This document shows positions 8,490 through 16,641 of a DNA stretch of 24,591 bases, one piece after another (the stretch's first letter is position 1; each line of letters opens with the position of its first letter). Source of the DNA: a bacterium (GTDB lineage Bacteria; Zhuqueibacterota; Zhuqueibacteria; Oceanimicrobiales; Oceanimicrobiaceae); contig JBHHXN010000070.1 of NCBI GenBank assembly GCA_046757025.1, forward strand, positions 1 through 24,591, read 5' to 3'. The position numbers and the translations under genes were made by a program. Under the pieces are notes generated by a model that did not search any database, was not told the DNA's origin, and worked only from the letters and a program-made list of their open reading frames with translations.

Positions 8490-9194
8490 CTATTTTGCGG
8501 CTTTCACAAACGCCTGAAATATTCTCTGGTGATGGACATCCTGCAGGGCAAGCTCGGGATGCCAGAGCACTGCGATCATCCAACGATGCTCAGCGTGTTC
8601 CATGGCTTCGACCACGCCGTCTTGGGATTTGGCTGCAATTTTCCAGACGTCGGGTATGTTGCCCGCGGCCTGGTGGTGTTTGGAAACTACGGTTATTTCG
8701 GGTTGCGAAATGACTTTTGCCAGGCGCGAGTCCGGCGCGATCTGGACGACATGTTCGGTGCTTTCGCCGTCCTCCGTTCGATGGGCTATCTCACTGCCAA
8801 ACACGTCCGGGACGTGGGCGAGCAGATCACCGCCGGTAGCCACGTTAAGCAACTGAAAGCCGCGACAAATGCCCAGTACCGGTCGGGGCTGCTGCAGCAC
8901 CTGCCGGGCCAGCTCCAGCTCGAAGTCATCCCGTTGTTGATCAACGCGAGAGACGCTGTGATGAGGTTGGCCGCCATACAACTCCGGCGCGAGGTCGCCG
9001 CCGCCCGCGAAAATGAGGCCATCCACCATCTCGACAATTCTATGCACTTGTTTTTCTCCTGGCGGCAGCAGCAGCGGCAACCCCCCGGCATTTCTAACCG
9101 CATCCACGTACTCTGCGGGCAGGAAAAATTGACCCTGCTGATTCCGGCCGTAAGTGGTAATGCCTATAATTGGAGTTGAAGTAGATTTCATCAT
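8490..9194 (-). CDS. puuD: Gamma-glutamyl-gamma-aminobutyrate hydrolase family protein (peptidase C26, class I glutamine amidotransferase fold)
   Basis: PIIGIT, DGLIFAGGGD, catalytic LGICRGFQ, SKHHQA, WHPE triad motif; lies next to a GS-like ligase. Confidence 0.92.
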   Translation of the reverse strand: MMKSTSTPIIGITTYGRNQQGQFFLPAEYVDAVRNAGGLPLLLPPGEKQVHRIVEMVDGLIFAGGGDLAPELYGGQPHHSVSRVDQQRDDFELELARQVLQQPRPVLGICRGFQLLNVATGGDLLAHVPDVFGSEIAHRTEDGESTEHVVQIAPDSRLAKVISQPEITVVSKHHQAAGNIPDVWKIAAKSQDGVVEAMEHAEHRWMIAVLWHPELALQDVHHQRIFQAFVKAAK

Positions 9195-9411
9195 TTCAAA
9201 GGATTTTTGGTAAAAGAATGTTTAACAGACTGACCAAAAAAATCGCAAGCATTGCATCATTCAGTCAGATCAAATATTATTTAATTGTTGTAAGATGCTG
9301 TTTATTTAAAAGATGCCTCGAGGCGGGGCAAGACAATGGTAGTTCGTCCGGATTTGGTTGACGATCTCGCATTTCTTAAAAGTTCTAGTGTTTAACTACA
9401 TCGATTTTTTC

Positions 9412-10803
9412 TCAAGCGCGTTCAAAATATCGTGCTCGTTCCCAATTGGTCACGACTTCATCAAATTTGCGTTGCTCGGTGCGAAAAAAGTGCAGGTAGT
9501 GCTCGATTACATTCTCACTAAAGGCCTGTTTCACCCAGGCGCTATTTTGAAATTCAGTTATCGCTTCGTTCAGGGTTTTGGGCACTTGCGTCAGCTTTTC
9601 AGCGGCATAGACATCGCCTTCAAAAACAGCTGGGGGTTCGATTTGATTGGCAATGCCGTCCAGGCCGGCCGCCAGCGTGGCGGCGAACGCCAGATAGGGA
9701 TTGGCATCGGCGCCCGGCGCACGGCATTCAATGCGCAAAGCCGGTCCGTGCCCGACGATACGAAAACCGGCCGTGCGGTTGTCGTAACTCCAGGCAATGC
9801 CCGTGGGAGCGAAGGAACCGGCCACGAATCGTTTGTAGGAAGTCGGATAAGGCGCATAAAACACGAACATTTCCCGCAGGTGCGCCATCCAGCCGCCGAG
9901 GAACCAGCGAAACAGATTTGAGATGTGTAAGGGGCCGGTTTTTTCTTCTCCGGGGAAGAGCGCCGTCATTTTCGATTTATCCCACAAACTGGCATGCAGA
10001 TGCATGCTGGAGCCGGCAAAGCGCTCATCCCATTTTGCCATAAAAGTGAGAGCACACTCGTTTTGTTGGGCAATTTCTTTGGCCGCGTGTTTGTAAACGG
10101 TGTGGCGATCGGCCATTTCCAGGAAGTCAGCGTAGCGCAGGTTGATCTCCTGCTGGCCGGGCCCCCACTCGCCCTTGGAAAACTCCACAGGAATCCCGGA
10201 ACGATCCAAGTGATGACGGATGGCGCCGATCAAAAACTCTTCTTTGGTTCCCTGCAGAATGTGATAATCTTCGATATAATCGCCGAAGGGCTGTAAATCC
10301 TGGTACTTTTTTTGGGAGGCGGTTTCGAAGGAGTCTTTGAAAACGTATAATTCGAGCTCGGAGCCGCCCATAGCGAGATAGCCCTGTTCAGCCGCTTTCG
10401 CCACCTGATTTTTGAGTATGGTACGCGGCGCCAGCTCAACCAGCCGCTCCGCTTCTTCTTCCACCACGTCGCACAAGACGATGGCGGTTTTATCCAACCA
10501 GGATGCCAATCGCAAAGTTTGCAGATCCGGCGCCAATCGAAAATCGCCATAGCCGCTGGCCCAACTGGTATAGGCGTAACCCGGCACCGGGTCCATTTCC
10601 ATATCACAGGCCAGCAGATAATCGCAGGCATGAATTTCGCTTTCCAGCACATCGTGGACAAAATAATCGCCGGTGATGCGCTTCCCCATCAGTCGCCCAT
10701 AAATATCCGGAAAGGCCGTGATCACGGTTTCGATTTGTTCGTCAGCTACCAATTTTTTAAGGGTGGCGATATCGAGCATACCGCGATTTTTTTTATCAGC
10801 CAT
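9412..10803 (-). CDS. Glutamine synthetase-like gamma-glutamyl-amine ligase (GlnA4/PuuA-like), 463 aa
   Basis: GRLMGKR, ACDYLLACDMEMDPVPGY..SWASGYGDF (resembles the actinobacterial GlnA4 clade), ELELY, GQQE, GSSMHLH, RIECR..GADANPY. Confidence 0.93.
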   Translation of the reverse strand: MADKKNRGMLDIATLKKLVADEQIETVITAFPDIYGRLMGKRITGDYFVHDVLESEIHACDYLLACDMEMDPVPGYAYTSWASGYGDFRLAPDLQTLRLASWLDKTAIVLCDVVEEEAERLVELAPRTILKNQVAKAAEQGYLAMGGSELELYVFKDSFETASQKKYQDLQPFGDYIEDYHILQGTKEEFLIGAIRHHLDRSGIPVEFSKGEWGPGQQEINLRYADFLEMADRHTVYKHAAKEIAQQNECALTFMAKWDERFAGSSMHLHASLWDKSKMTALFPGEEKTGPLHISNLFRWFLGGWMAHLREMFVFYAPYPTSYKRFVAGSFAPTGIAWSYDNRTAGFRIVGHGPALRIECRAPGADANPYLAFAATLAAGLDGIANQIEPPAVFEGDVYAAEKLTQVPKTLNEAITEFQNSAWVKQAFSENVIEHYLHFFRTEQRKFDEVVTNWERARYFERA

Positions 10804-10837
10804 GAATCAATCTCCAAAATTGAAATGTAAATAAAAG

Positions 10838-10848
10838 TGGTCAAACCA
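10838..10848. promoter_or_regulatory. Candidate GntR/FadR-family operator TGGTCAAACCA
   Basis: Near-palindrome matching the FadR-subfamily TGGT-n3-ACCA consensus, about 35 nt upstream of the GS-like start. Confidence 0.45.
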
Positions 10849-10896
10849 GATATTTTTCTGATTTAAAAGAAATTCTGGCAGGAAATTTTATGATTA

Positions 10897-12348
10897 TTAC
10901 TCGTCACCCGTATAAATAAACACGCTCTTCATTTCGCTGTAGTGCTTCAGCGCCGCCAGGCCCAATTCGCGCCCGACGCCGCTTTGTTTGCGTCCGCCAA
11001 ACGGCGCCTCCAGGTGCACGCTGTGACCGGTGTTGACGGAAATGACGCCGGTCTCGATGGCGCGCGCTACCTTCAGCGCCCGCGGAAGATTTTGCGTCCA
11101 GATGGAGCCGGAGAGACCGTAAATGCTGTCGTTGGCCAGAGCGATGGCTTCCTCCTCCGTTTTAAACGGCGCGGCACACAGCACCGGCCCGAAAATTTCC
11201 TCTCGAAAAATGCGCATTTCAGGCCGCACATCCGTAAACAGCGCCGGCGTTAAAAAGGCGCCGGACTGCAAGGTAGGTGAATCTGGCAGTTCTCCGCCAC
11301 AGGCTAACTGAGCGCCGGCTTGTTTCCCTGACTGAATATAATTTTGAACTTCTTCCCGATGCGTCATTGAAATCAGCGAACCCAATTCGGTGTGGTCATC
11401 CAGCGGATCTCCCAGCCGCACTTTCGTAAACAGCTCCGTCAGCTTTTCGATGAACTCATCATAAATGGTGTGTTCGATGAGCAGCCGGCTGCGGGCACAG
11501 CAGTCTTGGCCGGCGTTGCCTAAAACACTCCAAACCGCGCCCGGCAGTGCCCGCTCCATTTCGCAATCTGCGAAGACAATGTTGGCGGATTTACCGCCCA
11601 ATTCCAGCGTTACCCGTTTGATATCATCGGCTGCCAATTGCATCACACGTGTGCCGACCTCGGTGGAGCCGGTGAAAGATATCTTTCGGACCAGCGGATG
11701 CCGAACCAGAGCCTCTCCTGCCACACTCCCCGAGCCAGGCACGATATTCAAAACCCCCGGCGGGATGCCCGCTTCCAACGCCAGCTTTCCCAAACGACAG
11801 GCGGTCAGAGGCGTCTGGCTGGCCGGCTTCACCACGAGGGTGTTGCCCATGGCCAGCGCGGGGGCGATTTTCCAGGAGGTTATGGCGATGGGAAAATTCC
11901 AGGGCGTGATCAGACCGCACACTCCCAGAGGTTCGCGAAAAGTCATGCACACGCCCGCCGCCGCCACCGGAATGGTTTGCCCACCCACTTTGTTGATGGC
12001 GCCGGCATAATACTCAAAACAATCGGCTGCCAGCCCGACTTCCTCCCGCGCTTCCCGAATGGGTTTGCCCACATTCTGGCTCTCCAGCCGCGCCAGCTCT
12101 TCAGCATGGTCCCGGATAAGATTGGATAGACGCAGAAGCGTTTGGGTACGTTCACGGCTGTTTAAATTTCGCCATTTGCCATCGGTAAACGCCCGGTTGG
12201 CCGACTGCACCGCCTGGTCGATGTCCTCTGCTCCACCCGCTGCGACTCGCGCCAGCGGTTTGCCGGTCGCCGGAGTGACTATGTCACGTGTTTTTTCTGA
12301 CAGCGCGGCTTTACGCTGACCGTCGATGAGTAGTTGTTCTGTTAGCAT
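10897..12348 (-). CDS. NAD(P)-dependent aldehyde dehydrogenase (AldC/PuuC/betaine-aldehyde-like), 483 aa
   Basis: ITPWNFP, SFTGSTEVG, LELGGKS, catalytic AGQDCCA, EEIFGPV, PFGGRKQSGVGRE. Start MLTEQ (12348) chosen because ATG 12417 falls inside the promoter spacer. Confidence 0.95.
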   Translation of the reverse strand: MLTEQLLIDGQRKAALSEKTRDIVTPATGKPLARVAAGGAEDIDQAVQSANRAFTDGKWRNLNSRERTQTLLRLSNLIRDHAEELARLESQNVGKPIREAREEVGLAADCFEYYAGAINKVGGQTIPVAAAGVCMTFREPLGVCGLITPWNFPIAITSWKIAPALAMGNTLVVKPASQTPLTACRLGKLALEAGIPPGVLNIVPGSGSVAGEALVRHPLVRKISFTGSTEVGTRVMQLAADDIKRVTLELGGKSANIVFADCEMERALPGAVWSVLGNAGQDCCARSRLLIEHTIYDEFIEKLTELFTKVRLGDPLDDHTELGSLISMTHREEVQNYIQSGKQAGAQLACGGELPDSPTLQSGAFLTPALFTDVRPEMRIFREEIFGPVLCAAPFKTEEEAIALANDSIYGLSGSIWTQNLPRALKVARAIETGVISVNTGHSVHLEAPFGGRKQSGVGRELGLAALKHYSEMKSVFIYTGDE

Positions 12349-12401
12349 GGGCTCGTCCCTGGCTTGATTTTGAGGAAAAAGAAGTTGATTGTGCCTGAAA
12401 T

Positions 12402-12430
12402 AATATAAGGCATGCAACCCTCGCTGTCAA
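12402..12430 (-). promoter_or_regulatory. Sigma70-type promoter of the ALDH-GS-hydrolase cluster
   Basis: Minus strand TTGACA (12430-12425), 17-nt spacer, TATATT (12407-12402). Confidence 0.75.
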
Positions 12431-12695
12431 CAGGATTTTTGTTAAATTATTTTCGAATAATTTGAGAATGAAAAGATCCGCTCTGACGGCAGAAGGGTCC
12501 CATCACTTTGGGCCCGAAGAAAAATCCGCGATTCTGAGGGGAGGGGGGGGACAGGTGTTCAAGCTTCAGCTTGCCGGGGGAGGGCCCCCCCCGAACCCCC
12601 ACCGACCCGCACAAATTTCAACGCAGAGCCTTTGAACCAGATAAAAAGTTTTCATGTTCAATTTTCGTTAGATTATCGTCGGAAGCCCGGCAGCG

Positions 12696-14480
12696 TCACT
12701 CCATCTTTCTGCCAAACAGCAGCTGAAAATCTCTTTTTCGGGCGGCTTGCCACCATGGCTCGGGAATCACTTTCCAGTTACCCAGCAGTTTGGGTGTGAC
12801 CACCTTGTTCTTCTCGATCCATTTCATCAAATAGAATCGCAGATCTTTGTCAGTTGAAGCGAGAACGCGTTCAGCCAATTCAGCCTTGGGAATTTTGGCT
12901 CCGTTTGTGAGATGCCCCCCGCCGCCGTTGCCGCGGTAGGAATTTATGGCCACCCGGTAGGTTTGGTGCAATTCGAAGGGCGAACCATCGGCCATGGACT
13001 GGATGACTACTCTGCTGCCAGCCGGTTTTGAAACGTCGACGGTGTATCGAATGCCCGCTGCCGAGTCGAAATTGTAGGTACGGGCATTCAAATAATACGA
13101 ACCGTTTCTTGCCGACCGCCGCAATCGGCCCTGGTCGTCCCGGACGAAATTCAGTAAATGATCATCCGCATTTTGCATCTGGTTGAACCAGCGCCCGTAG
13201 GAGTATTCCAATAAATCTTTAATTTCCTGACCGCTGAGCTCCATGGTGTACAAAAGGTTTTCATATTTGTAGAGTTTGAACATGTCGCGCACAAAAACCG
13301 TGCCTTTTTGGATGCGGGCTTCAAATGACAAAGGCGCGGTGAAAGAGACGTCAGCGCCGGTGAGCTCGAGCTGAATCTGATGAATCAAATCCACAAAAGC
13401 AGAATTCCCAAAAATTGCGTCACGGGTGCTGACGGATTTGGTAAATCTGCCGATGGGCTTGGAGACATAATTCTTCACCGATTGCAAGCCTTCGGCGAAT
13501 TTTTTCAGGAACGGTTTGTCGGCTTCATAAGATTTTATTTCCACAAGCTCACCCCGCACCTTTTTATCCCAGGTATTTTGGGTTGCATCAAAACGCAGCG
13601 TAATGGTGGCCACCGCCACGGTGCGGGCATTGCTGGTGGGGCCGAGAATCCGCACTTCTTTGCCGGCAGAATTCTTTACGGTGAAATTCCACCGCGCGTG
13701 GTCGTGCCCTACGAAAATCACATCGAAGCCGGGTACCTGCTCAGCCACTAACCGGGAAGCGTTTTCATTGGACGGAGTTTCGGCGGTCTGGTTGCCGTAG
13801 GTATAATCCACACCCGAATGGAACAACCCCACCAGGACATCCGGCTTTTCCCGTTCCTGTATGATCGGCAGCCACTTTCTCGCACAGACGATCATGTCCT
13901 GAAATTCCATCCCCTGCCAGATGGACGCCGGCAGCCAGTTGGGAATGCCGGGCGTGATTATTCCCAGCACGGCCATTTTCACACCCTGCTTTTCGATTAC
14001 GGTGTACGGCTTAAAGTAGGGCTCGCCGTCGTCGGTCGTGACGGCGTTGGCCGCCATCCAGGGGAATGACAGCTTCTGATTAAATTTATCATACACCGCG
14101 TGGCCGGTTTCGATGTCGTGGTTGCCGACGGTAGCCGCATCGTAACCCATGAAGTTCATGACCCGAGCATAAAGGTGCGGCTGATCGTCTTTTTCAAAAT
14201 TATAATAATACACCACCGGTTGACCCTGCAAAATGTCGCCGTTGTCGAGGAGGATCACGTGCTGCTCCTGGTTAGCTCTTTCCTGCTGCACAAAAGTGTA
14301 CACCTGCGCCAGCGAACCGTTGGCTTCTCGATCGTTAATAAAATCGTAGGGATAGATGGCCCCGTGCACGTCGCTGGTTTCGATGATTTTTAACGTGACG
14401 GTTTGCGCGTGTACACTCAGTCCTGAGATACTGAGAAGAAAGAAGAGTCCTGAAATCAATCGTGCGAACGATTTTGACAT
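12696..14480 (-). CDS. cpdB: Secreted bifunctional 2',3'-cyclic-nucleotide 2'-phosphodiesterase / 5'(3')-nucleotidase family protein
   Basis: Signal peptide; metallophosphoesterase motifs TSDVHG, DNGDILQG, GNHD, GHDH; C-terminal 5'-nucleotidase domain YKYENLLY, NSYRGNGGG. ATG 14480 has a GAAGGTG RBS; the ORF track extends to 14558. Confidence 0.9.
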   Translation of the reverse strand: MSKSFARLISGLFFLLSISGLSVHAQTVTLKIIETSDVHGAIYPYDFINDREANGSLAQVYTFVQQERANQEQHVILLDNGDILQGQPVVYYYNFEKDDQPHLYARVMNFMGYDAATVGNHDIETGHAVYDKFNQKLSFPWMAANAVTTDDGEPYFKPYTVIEKQGVKMAVLGIITPGIPNWLPASIWQGMEFQDMIVCARKWLPIIQEREKPDVLVGLFHSGVDYTYGNQTAETPSNENASRLVAEQVPGFDVIFVGHDHARWNFTVKNSAGKEVRILGPTSNARTVAVATITLRFDATQNTWDKKVRGELVEIKSYEADKPFLKKFAEGLQSVKNYVSKPIGRFTKSVSTRDAIFGNSAFVDLIHQIQLELTGADVSFTAPLSFEARIQKGTVFVRDMFKLYKYENLLYTMELSGQEIKDLLEYSYGRWFNQMQNADDHLLNFVRDDQGRLRRSARNGSYYLNARTYNFDSAAGIRYTVDVSKPAGSRVVIQSMADGSPFELHQTYRVAINSYRGNGGGGHLTNGAKIPKAELAERVLASTDKDLRFYLMKWIEKNKVVTPKLLGNWKVIPEPWWQAARKRDFQLLFGRKME

Positions 14481-14554
14481 GGAGAAATTCACCTTCTTTT
14501 TTTTATTAATTGAAACATTCGAATTTTCTTCGAATATGATTGCATCAACAAAAA

Positions 14555-16141
14555 TCACCGGTCTTCCTGGTACAATTTGTTGCTCAACGACTCGTATTCA
14601 TCGCCGGAATTCCAGCGCGGCCGCTGCGGCATGTTTGCAATGAATCTGACTGAATGGGCAAACGCTTTGCAATAGCGCAACAAATAATTGAAATCGAAAT
14701 TCTCGTCGGCTTCGTCCTCTGGCTGATGATAAAACCGACGCAGCGCCTCATCGAAGGCACGAAATCCCGGGCTGAATGTGAGCGTGGGAATGCCTTTGCG
14801 CGCAAAGGGTGCATTGTCAGAAGCGTTGAACAGGTGCTGTTCCGGCACCGGATCCGGAATGACGGTCAATCCTACCTCTTTGGTAGCTTCTTCGATGGCT
14901 GTTTGCGCAGTGGAACGTTCGATGCCAATCACGGTCACGATGCTGGTATCCGTGTAGCCGGCGCCATCTGTGTTCAAAACAAACACCGTACTCTTCAGAG
15001 GAATGAGCGGATGTTCGACGTAAAATTCACTGCCCAGCAAGCCCATTTCTTCGCCGGTGAAAGCGATGAAAATGAGTGAGCGTGCCGGTTGCACTTCCGC
15101 CAGCGCTTTGGAGGCTGCTATCAAAGCCACCGTACCCATGCCGTTGTCGCGGGCGCCGTTGTAGATGCTGTCTGCTGCCGGATTCTCCGGCCGCGACCGT
15201 ACGCCGAGATGATCAAAATGCGCAGAGACCAAAATATATTCTTTGCGCAATTCGGTGTCGGCGCCTTGGATTATACCCATAACATTGGAAGAGACAATCG
15301 GCGTTTTTTCAGGCGGATGAAACTTCAACGACACCGTTTCCAGATCACTTTTTTCGGTGAATTCGGCCAAATATTTTTGAGCGCTGTCATCGATGAGAAT
15401 GTGCGAGATTCTGGTTTCAATCTGATCATTCGGTTGCTCCACCGTATAACGCGGTCGGCTCAAAAACGAGGCCAATCGGCGCCAGGGAAAATCGCCCGAG
15501 TACAGCTCAATCAAGCCCGCGGCGCCTTTTTCAGCGATGCGAGTGTACTTTTTACGACTTTCGCGCATACCGGCTCGCACGTTTGCATGCCCCCCCGAGC
15601 CAAATCTCGCCACCACAATCTTGCCCTTTAAATCCACTCCCTGCAAATCATCCTGAGCGGTTTCCTCATTGAGAATCCCGTAATCAACAAAAATAATCGC
15701 TGCGGTAAGGTTTGACTGACCGGCCTGCAGGGCTACCAGTTCCCTTCCTTGTCTTAAAGTGTCCGTGCCAATGACCACGGTGTTTAAAATTGAATGAGCC
15801 ACTTTGGCCAGAGTAACCGGCTGCAAATAGTCGTCTGCTCCCGGCACCGTGGCCAGACCATTGGCTCGAAACTGCTCGGCAATGTAGCGAGCAGCGGCAT
15901 CGTTACCAGATGTGCCGGTCCTCCGCCCTTTGAGCTCGTCCGATGCCAGATAGCGCAATTGTTCCGTGACATCGGACAATTTCAAATCGTATTCCGGGTA
16001 GGCTTTCTGATTGCCCTGGCCAGAAACGATACCTCCCATAAAAACAATCGTGCCGGTGATTACAACAATTAACATAACTTTGATGGTACCACCAAAGGTC
16101 GGATAATCGTGAGTTGCATATTGTTGGTATGAAAATTTCAT
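14555..16141 (-). CDS. M28 family (aminopeptidase-like) zinc peptidase with PA domain, exported
   Basis: YLASDELKGRRTG, PA-domain DLKGKIVV, SAHFDHLG, NGARDN, GEEMGLLGS, SDN, YHQPED; hydrophobic N-terminus; GGAGGAG RBS before GTG 16144 / ATG 16141. Confidence 0.92.
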   Translation of the reverse strand: MKFSYQQYATHDYPTFGGTIKVMLIVVITGTIVFMGGIVSGQGNQKAYPEYDLKLSDVTEQLRYLASDELKGRRTGTSGNDAAARYIAEQFRANGLATVPGADDYLQPVTLAKVAHSILNTVVIGTDTLRQGRELVALQAGQSNLTAAIIFVDYGILNEETAQDDLQGVDLKGKIVVARFGSGGHANVRAGMRESRKKYTRIAEKGAAGLIELYSGDFPWRRLASFLSRPRYTVEQPNDQIETRISHILIDDSAQKYLAEFTEKSDLETVSLKFHPPEKTPIVSSNVMGIIQGADTELRKEYILVSAHFDHLGVRSRPENPAADSIYNGARDNGMGTVALIAASKALAEVQPARSLIFIAFTGEEMGLLGSEFYVEHPLIPLKSTVFVLNTDGAGYTDTSIVTVIGIERSTAQTAIEEATKEVGLTVIPDPVPEQHLFNASDNAPFARKGIPTLTFSPGFRAFDEALRRFYHQPEDEADENFDFNYLLRYCKAFAHSVRFIANMPQRPRWNSGDEYESLSNKLYQEDR

Positions 16142-16223
16142 CACTTACTCCTCCAAGCCGGATTTTAATTTGACTTATTGTAAAACTTGATATGTTCTAT
16201 TAAATAGTGAATGAACAATGCCG

Positions 16224-16350
16224 GTCATAGCGAGCGATCCCGCTGAGCAGGAGAGCGAAGCAATCTCCAGATAATTAGTCGGGAGATTGCTTCATCGTCT
16301 GCAGCTTCAAATATAGAAAACAGAATGACTGTTGACTTCTCGCCAATGAC
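16224..16350. repeat. REP-like palindromic element (GTCAT.GCGAG...GAAGCAATCT...AGATTGCTTC...CTCGC.AATGAC type)
   Basis: Perfect 12-bp stem GAAGCAATCTCC (16257-16268) / GGAGATTGCTTC (16282-16293), with imperfect outer arms GTCATAGCGAG / CTCGCCAATGAC. Confidence 0.75.
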
Positions 16351-16517
16351 AGGTTGCAACAGAATTTTTATAAAATTCTTGTACTTAGTGATTGACCGAA
16401 AACAGCCTTTTTTTGTCAAATTCCAAGAGAGGCGTTACAGGTCAATCACTCATTAAAATAGAATCGTTCACACGGTTTTGTTAACCGGTTTTTTAGATAG
16501 CCGTAAATCACAAATCA

Positions 16518-16568
16518 TAATTCTTAATTTGTAATTCTTAATTTGTAATTCTTAATTTGTAATTCTTA
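16518..16568. repeat. Tandem repeat (TAATTCTTAATTTG)x3.6 built from alternating heptamers
   Basis: Exact copies at 16518, 16532 and 16546, plus a partial copy at 16560-16568. Confidence 0.9.
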
Positions 16569-16641
16569 TTTCATTGTCAAATTGCTTTCAAAATACGGCA
16601 ATCGATTTGAGGGTTTCAATCAATGACTCCACATTCAAACC

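Noticed and set aside
8529..9179. 216-aa plus-strand ORF, and similar antisense ORFs such as 9358-9921, 11465-12010 and 18643-19257
   Set aside because: They lie opposite well-supported genes, as expected for shadow frames in GC-rich coding DNA.
9412..10803. Housekeeping glutamine synthetase (glnA)
   Set aside because: Clade-specific motifs and the ALDH/C26 neighbours fit a gamma-glutamyl-amine ligase better.
12349..12417. N-terminal extension of ALDH in the ORF track
   Set aside because: The upstream ATG lies inside the predicted promoter spacer; family-like sequence starts at MLTEQ.
12470..12640. Riboswitch or ncRNA upstream of ALDH
   Set aside because: No recognisable aptamer consensus, and it lies upstream of the predicted promoter; an Rfam/Infernal scan would settle it.
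16518..16568. CRISPR array
   Set aside because: Contiguous 14-bp units with no spacers and no cas genes.
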